This document shows, one piece after another, positions 10,087-12,176 of a DNA stretch of 12,176 nt (within the stretch, counting starts at the first letter, position 1; the number at the start of each line of letters is the position of its first letter). The DNA comes from Opitutia bacterium. GTDB taxonomy: Bacteria > Verrucomicrobiota > Verrucomicrobiia > Opitutales > T3Sed10-336. The DNA is taken from contig JBJHCF010000073.1 of the NCBI GenBank assembly GCA_050506795.1, positions 1-12,176 on the forward strand. Direction: 5' to 3'. Below the pieces are notes generated by a model. That model ran no database searches and was not told the DNA's origin. It saw only the letters and a program-made list of their open reading frames with translations. A program made the position numbers and the translations under genes.

Positions 10087-10162
10087 GCCTCCCTAGCTCA
10101 ATTGGCAGAGCAGTTGACTCTTAATCAATTGGTTCCGGGTTCGAGTCCCGGGGGGGGTACCA
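10087..10162 (+). tRNA. tRNA-Lys (anticodon CTT)
   Basis: Acceptor GCCTCCC/GGGGGGT, D-arm GCTC/GAGC, anticodon arm GTTGA-CTCTTAA-TCAAT, T-arm CCGGG-TTCGAGT-CCCGG, encoded CCA. 76 nt. Confidence 0.97.
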
Positions 10163-10165
10163 GCC

Positions 10166-10238
10166 GCCGGCGTAGCTCAATTGGCAGAGCAACTGATTTG
10201 TAATCAGTAGGTTGCGGGTTCGAGTCCCATCGCCGGCT
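10166..10238 (+). tRNA. tRNA-Thr (anticodon TGT)
   Basis: Acceptor GCCGGCG/CGCCGGC, anticodon arm ACTGA-TTTGTAA-TCAGT, T-arm GCGGG-TTCGAGT-CCCAT (one C-A mismatch). Followed by CCC rather than CCA. Confidence 0.96.
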
Positions 10239-10288
10239 CCCTAAAGGGCAAAGACTTACAGAATCCCGCCCCGAAGAAAAAAAAGACG

Positions 10289-10310
10289 CTTGGCCACTTC
10301 TTGGCCACTT
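10289..10310. repeat. perfect tandem 11-bp direct repeat CTTGGCCACTT x2 (candidate tyrosine-integrase arm-type sites)
   Basis: Copies at 10289-10299 and 10300-10310, about 50 bp from the tRNA 3' end and preceded by an A8 tract (10277-10284). The repeat is certain and the function is inferred. Confidence 0.7.
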
Positions 10311-10321
10311 TCGCGACCGCC

Positions 10322-10452
10322 CTTCGCCTTCGGCAGCTCCCGAATCTTCCCATCCCTACCCGTCCTGGTCTCCGCTTCCGCCGCCTTCCTACAAGCTGGT
10401 CTCCCACCCCACACAACTCCGCAATCGCCCGGTCGGATAGGTCCGGGAATAG
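10322..10452 (-). pseudogene. HTH gene fragment D with an internal frameshift
   Basis: LFPDLSDRAIAELCGVGDQLVGR (HTH pattern) in one frame, continuing as AEAETRTGRDGKIRELPK in another frame. No credible start. Confidence 0.6.
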
Positions 10453-10640
10453 CCCCCCACGCTCCCCAGGTTGCCCCAGGAATCGCTTGCCCGGTCTGGG
10501 TGCGATACCCAACACCCCGGCCCGGAAACCGCATTTTCCGCTTGCGCCGCATCCGGCCCCGGGGTCAACCTCCATCGGTTGCCCCCAAACATGGACGGCC
10601 CGTTTAGGGGTAGGCGGGTCGTCCACCGTTTTCCCGGGTT

Positions 10641-10784
10641 CCCCGCCCGTTTCACCGTCTCCCGAGAAACCCCGTGCTTTTCGGCCAGGGTGTCGGCGGT
10701 TTTGGCGGGCTCACTTTGAGCACCCGAAAAGTCCCGCCCTTCGCGTCCTCCGGCTGGCTTCTTCGCCCTATTGTAAATCCGGCC
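10641..10784 (-). pseudogene. HTH gene fragment B (ParB-like phage protein type)
   Basis: Reads GRIYNRAKK-PAGGREGRDFSGAQSEPAK-TADTLAEKHGVSRETVKRAG. Paralogous to 10885-11031. Confidence 0.7.
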
Positions 10785-10864
10785 GCTCCCGGGATAGACG
10801 GGACAGGGTGTAGGAACGGGAGGTGCCGTGTGAAGGATCAAGGCTTATATTACCCTGGTCCTTC
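10774..10864 (-). pseudogene. gene fragment C (putative phage DNA-binding protein piece)
   Basis: Reads KDQGNISLDPSHGTSRSYTLSRLSRERPDL. Fused in frame to fragment A, and overlaps fragment B out of frame through the shared GGCCGGATTTA. The family assignment is from recollection of similar phage motifs and needs a search. Confidence 0.45.
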
Positions 10865-10866
10865 CC

Positions 10867-11049
10867 CACCCTCTCGGCAAACTGCCCCGCCCGCTTCACC
10901 GTCTCCCGTGAAACCCCGTGCTTTTCGGCCAGGGTGTCGGCGGTGGAAATCAAAGGCTCATTTTGTGCTTTTGATTCTTCGCTCTTCCTGTCCCCTCCGT
11001 GCGCCTTCTTCGCCCGGTTGTAAATCCGGCCAAGGATAAGGCGGAAGTT
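10867..11049 (-). pseudogene. HTH gene fragment A (ParB-like phage protein type)
   Basis: Reads NFRLILGRIYNRAKK-AHGGDRKSEESKAQNEPLIS-TADTLAEKHGVSRETVKRAGQFAERV. Preceded by an in-frame TGA (11050-11052) and has no ATG, so it is N-terminally truncated. Confidence 0.7.
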
Positions 11050-11077
11050 TCACCCCGTGCGCGCGTGCGAGTTGCTA

Positions 11078-11266
11078 CTACTCCGGCAACGCGACGTCAC
11101 CACGGCAGAAGCATTCCCACAGCTCCAGGGTCGACGGCGCAGGTAGTCCGGGTTCGATGTTCAGCGCCGTTTCCGCCTGGTCCATGATCGCCCGTTTCTC
11201 CCGGTCGGAAAGTCCGTTCCACCAGAGTTCGGCGCAATCGCTCCGGGTGAATGTGGTCCTGCTCAT
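11078..11266 (-). CDS. hypothetical 62-aa protein
   Basis: ATG start, protein-like composition (WWNGLSDREKRAIMDQAE), tandem TAG TAG stops (11075-11080), same strand as the capsid gene. No clear RBS. Confidence 0.5.
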   Translation of the reverse strand: MSRTTFTRSDCAELWWNGLSDREKRAIMDQAETALNIEPGLPAPSTLELWECFCRGDVALPE

Positions 11267-11269
11267 CTC

Positions 11270-11303
11270 AAAAAAGCCGCCCTGGTGGGAACTCCAGGAC
11301 GGC
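11270..11303 (-). terminator. intrinsic terminator downstream of the capsid gene
   Basis: Minus strand GCCGTCCTGG-AGTTCCCA-CCAGGGCGGC-TTTTTT: a 10-bp stem with one G-U pair, followed by U6. Confidence 0.85.
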
Positions 11304-11460
11304 CTTTAGGACTTATATGCCCCGCGTGGATAGCGCGGGAAGTGGGTGCCGGAGGTTGGCTAGACCCCCGGCTGAATCCCTAGACCGGCCAAGGTCCGTT
11401 TGCTCCGGCATTTCCGCCAAGTCATGCCGGTGGGATGTAGTTATGATGGTTTTATCCATC
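11270..11460 (-). ncRNA. candidate structured RNA or 3' UTR of six consecutive hairpins
   Basis: Stems at 11445-11460, 11405-11430, 11382-11397, 11348-11372, 11320-11340 and 11276-11303. Non-Watson-Crick positions in four stems become G-U pairs on the minus strand. Confidence 0.45.
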
Positions 11461-11472
11461 GAAAGGTTTAGT

Positions 11473-12174
11473 TTAGGACTGATTTCCATCGTCGGTTGAA
11501 ACCGCGAAGGACTCAGGATGCCTGACGGCAATATCGGCGGCGGCCAAGACCGTCACGCCCAGCATTCCGCGCCGGTGAAGTGCCGAAGACTGGTCGATCA
11601 AAAGCTCGATACCCCCGAACAGCAAAACCATGAGTTGAGCCCAGTTTCCGAAAACCGCCCGGTTGGCAAAGTCGGTTCCGGACATTTGAGACGAGACGTG
11701 TAGCGGATAGTCGTTTGCCTGATTGCCCGAAGCCAGGAACAATCCGCTGCCGGTGTCCTTGCTGGTGGCCTTCCATTTCCCCTTGACGGTCGCGGAGGTG
11801 ATCCAGGCCAAACGGCCCATCTCGTCTTGCTCCTGGATCTTGCTCTCGAATTCAACGATCTTCTCCCAGGTAGGTGAACCGCCGAAAGAAACCGTGTTGA
11901 TGCCGCTGGTCGACGTATCCAAACGGAAAACACCTTTCGGCTGTCCGTTGGTCCCGGTACCGACCAGACCGGCCCGGTCGATACCGATGTTCAGACGCCG
12001 AAGCAATTCCTGCCTGACGAACGCTTCGGCGTCCAAGTCGGTACCAATGACCAGTTGCCGTGAAATCTCCGTGTAAGCGGAGACCCGATGCGGAGTGCCC
12101 ATGACGTCGCCGGTTCCGGGTGTCGACTCCGGCACCTCGGCACCTTCAGCCAACCAGTGAACCGTCGCGCCGGT
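11473..12174 (-). CDS. HK97-fold phage major capsid protein, 3' part (5' end outside the window)
   Basis: The frame stays open to the window edge: TGATVHWLAEGAEVPES...PHRVSAYTEISRQLV...AVFGNWAQLMV...DIAVRHPESF, all typical HK97-family capsid segments. TTG 12153 is an internal Leu. Confidence 0.92.
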   Translation of the reverse strand, partial: TGATVHWLAEGAEVPESTPGTGDVMGTPHRVSAYTEISRQLVIGTDLDAEAFVRQELLRRLNIGIDRAGLVGTGTNGQPKGVFRLDTSTSGINTVSFGGSPTWEKIVEFESKIQEQDEMGRLAWITSATVKGKWKATSKDTGSGLFLASGNQANDYPLHVSSQMSGTDFANRAVFGNWAQLMVLLFGGIELLIDQSSALHRRGMLGVTVLAAADIAVRHPESFAVSTDDGNQS

Positions 12175-12176
12175 TT

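Larger units (their letters stand above)
10641..11031. repeat. two-copy imperfect direct repeat with a variable core
   Basis: 10641-10700 vs 10885-10944 are 58/60 identical. 10758-10784 vs 11005-11031 are 25/27 identical. The intervening 57 bp and 60 bp are divergent. Confidence 0.95.
10239..12176. mobile_element. end of an integrated phage-related element (probable satellite) inserted at tRNA-Thr(TGT), continuing past the window
   Basis: Starts directly 3' of a tRNA. Contains a tandem 11-bp repeat, a switch of coding strand, phage-type HTH fragments and a major capsid gene. No integrase or second att copy is visible in the window. Confidence 0.75.

Noticed and set aside
10214..10230. C-A mismatch in the tRNA-Thr T-stem as evidence of a swapped 3' half or a pseudo-tRNA
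   Set aside because: Single T-stem mismatches are tolerated, and I recall similar stems in other tRNA-Thr(TGT) genes; not diagnostic.
10641..11031. CRISPR array or DGR template/variable repeat pair
   Set aside because: Only two copies, with coding-type synonymous differences. The differences are not confined to adenines of one copy, the cores differ in length, and no cas or reverse transcriptase gene is in the window.
10204..11039. Listed ORFs of 60-170 aa across the cassette region as real genes
   Set aside because: Only sub-segments look protein-like, starts are arbitrary, and the frames run through non-coding hairpins or into the tRNA.
11147..11157. TCCGGGTTCGA match to the tRNA-Lys T-arm as a second att site
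   Set aside because: Only 11 bp, does not extend into the tRNA 3' end, and lies inside the 62-aa ORF; likely chance.
11313..11531. 72-aa minus-strand ORF after the capsid gene
   Set aside because: Overlaps the capsid 3' end out of frame and coincides with the hairpin series; no recognisable motif. A shorter ATG version cannot be fully excluded.

Overview
This is a high-GC bacterial chromosomal window. The gene set and protein styles suggest Verrucomicrobiota/Opitutales, which is inference only. Bases 305-9913 are housekeeping genes on the + strand: mreB-mreC-mreD-mrdA(PBP2)-rnc, then mfd and a SurA/PrsA-like foldase. A tRNA-Lys(CTT)/tRNA-Thr(TGT) pair follows. Immediately after tRNA-Thr the sequence looks like the end of an integrated element. 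It has a tandem 11-bp repeat resembling integrase arm sites, about 0.75 kb of start-less helix-turn-helix (HTH) gene fragments, a 62-aa ORF, a run of six hairpins ending in a minus-strand terminator, and the 3' part of an HK97-fold major capsid gene with no head-tail genes after it (satellite-like). The most unusual feature is the fragment array at 10322-11049. Two pieces share near-identical flanks that differ only by synonymous changes, around different in-frame linkers. Three linkers each contain a different 29-33 bp imperfect palindrome. This suggests a collection of operator-like or hairpin cassettes.
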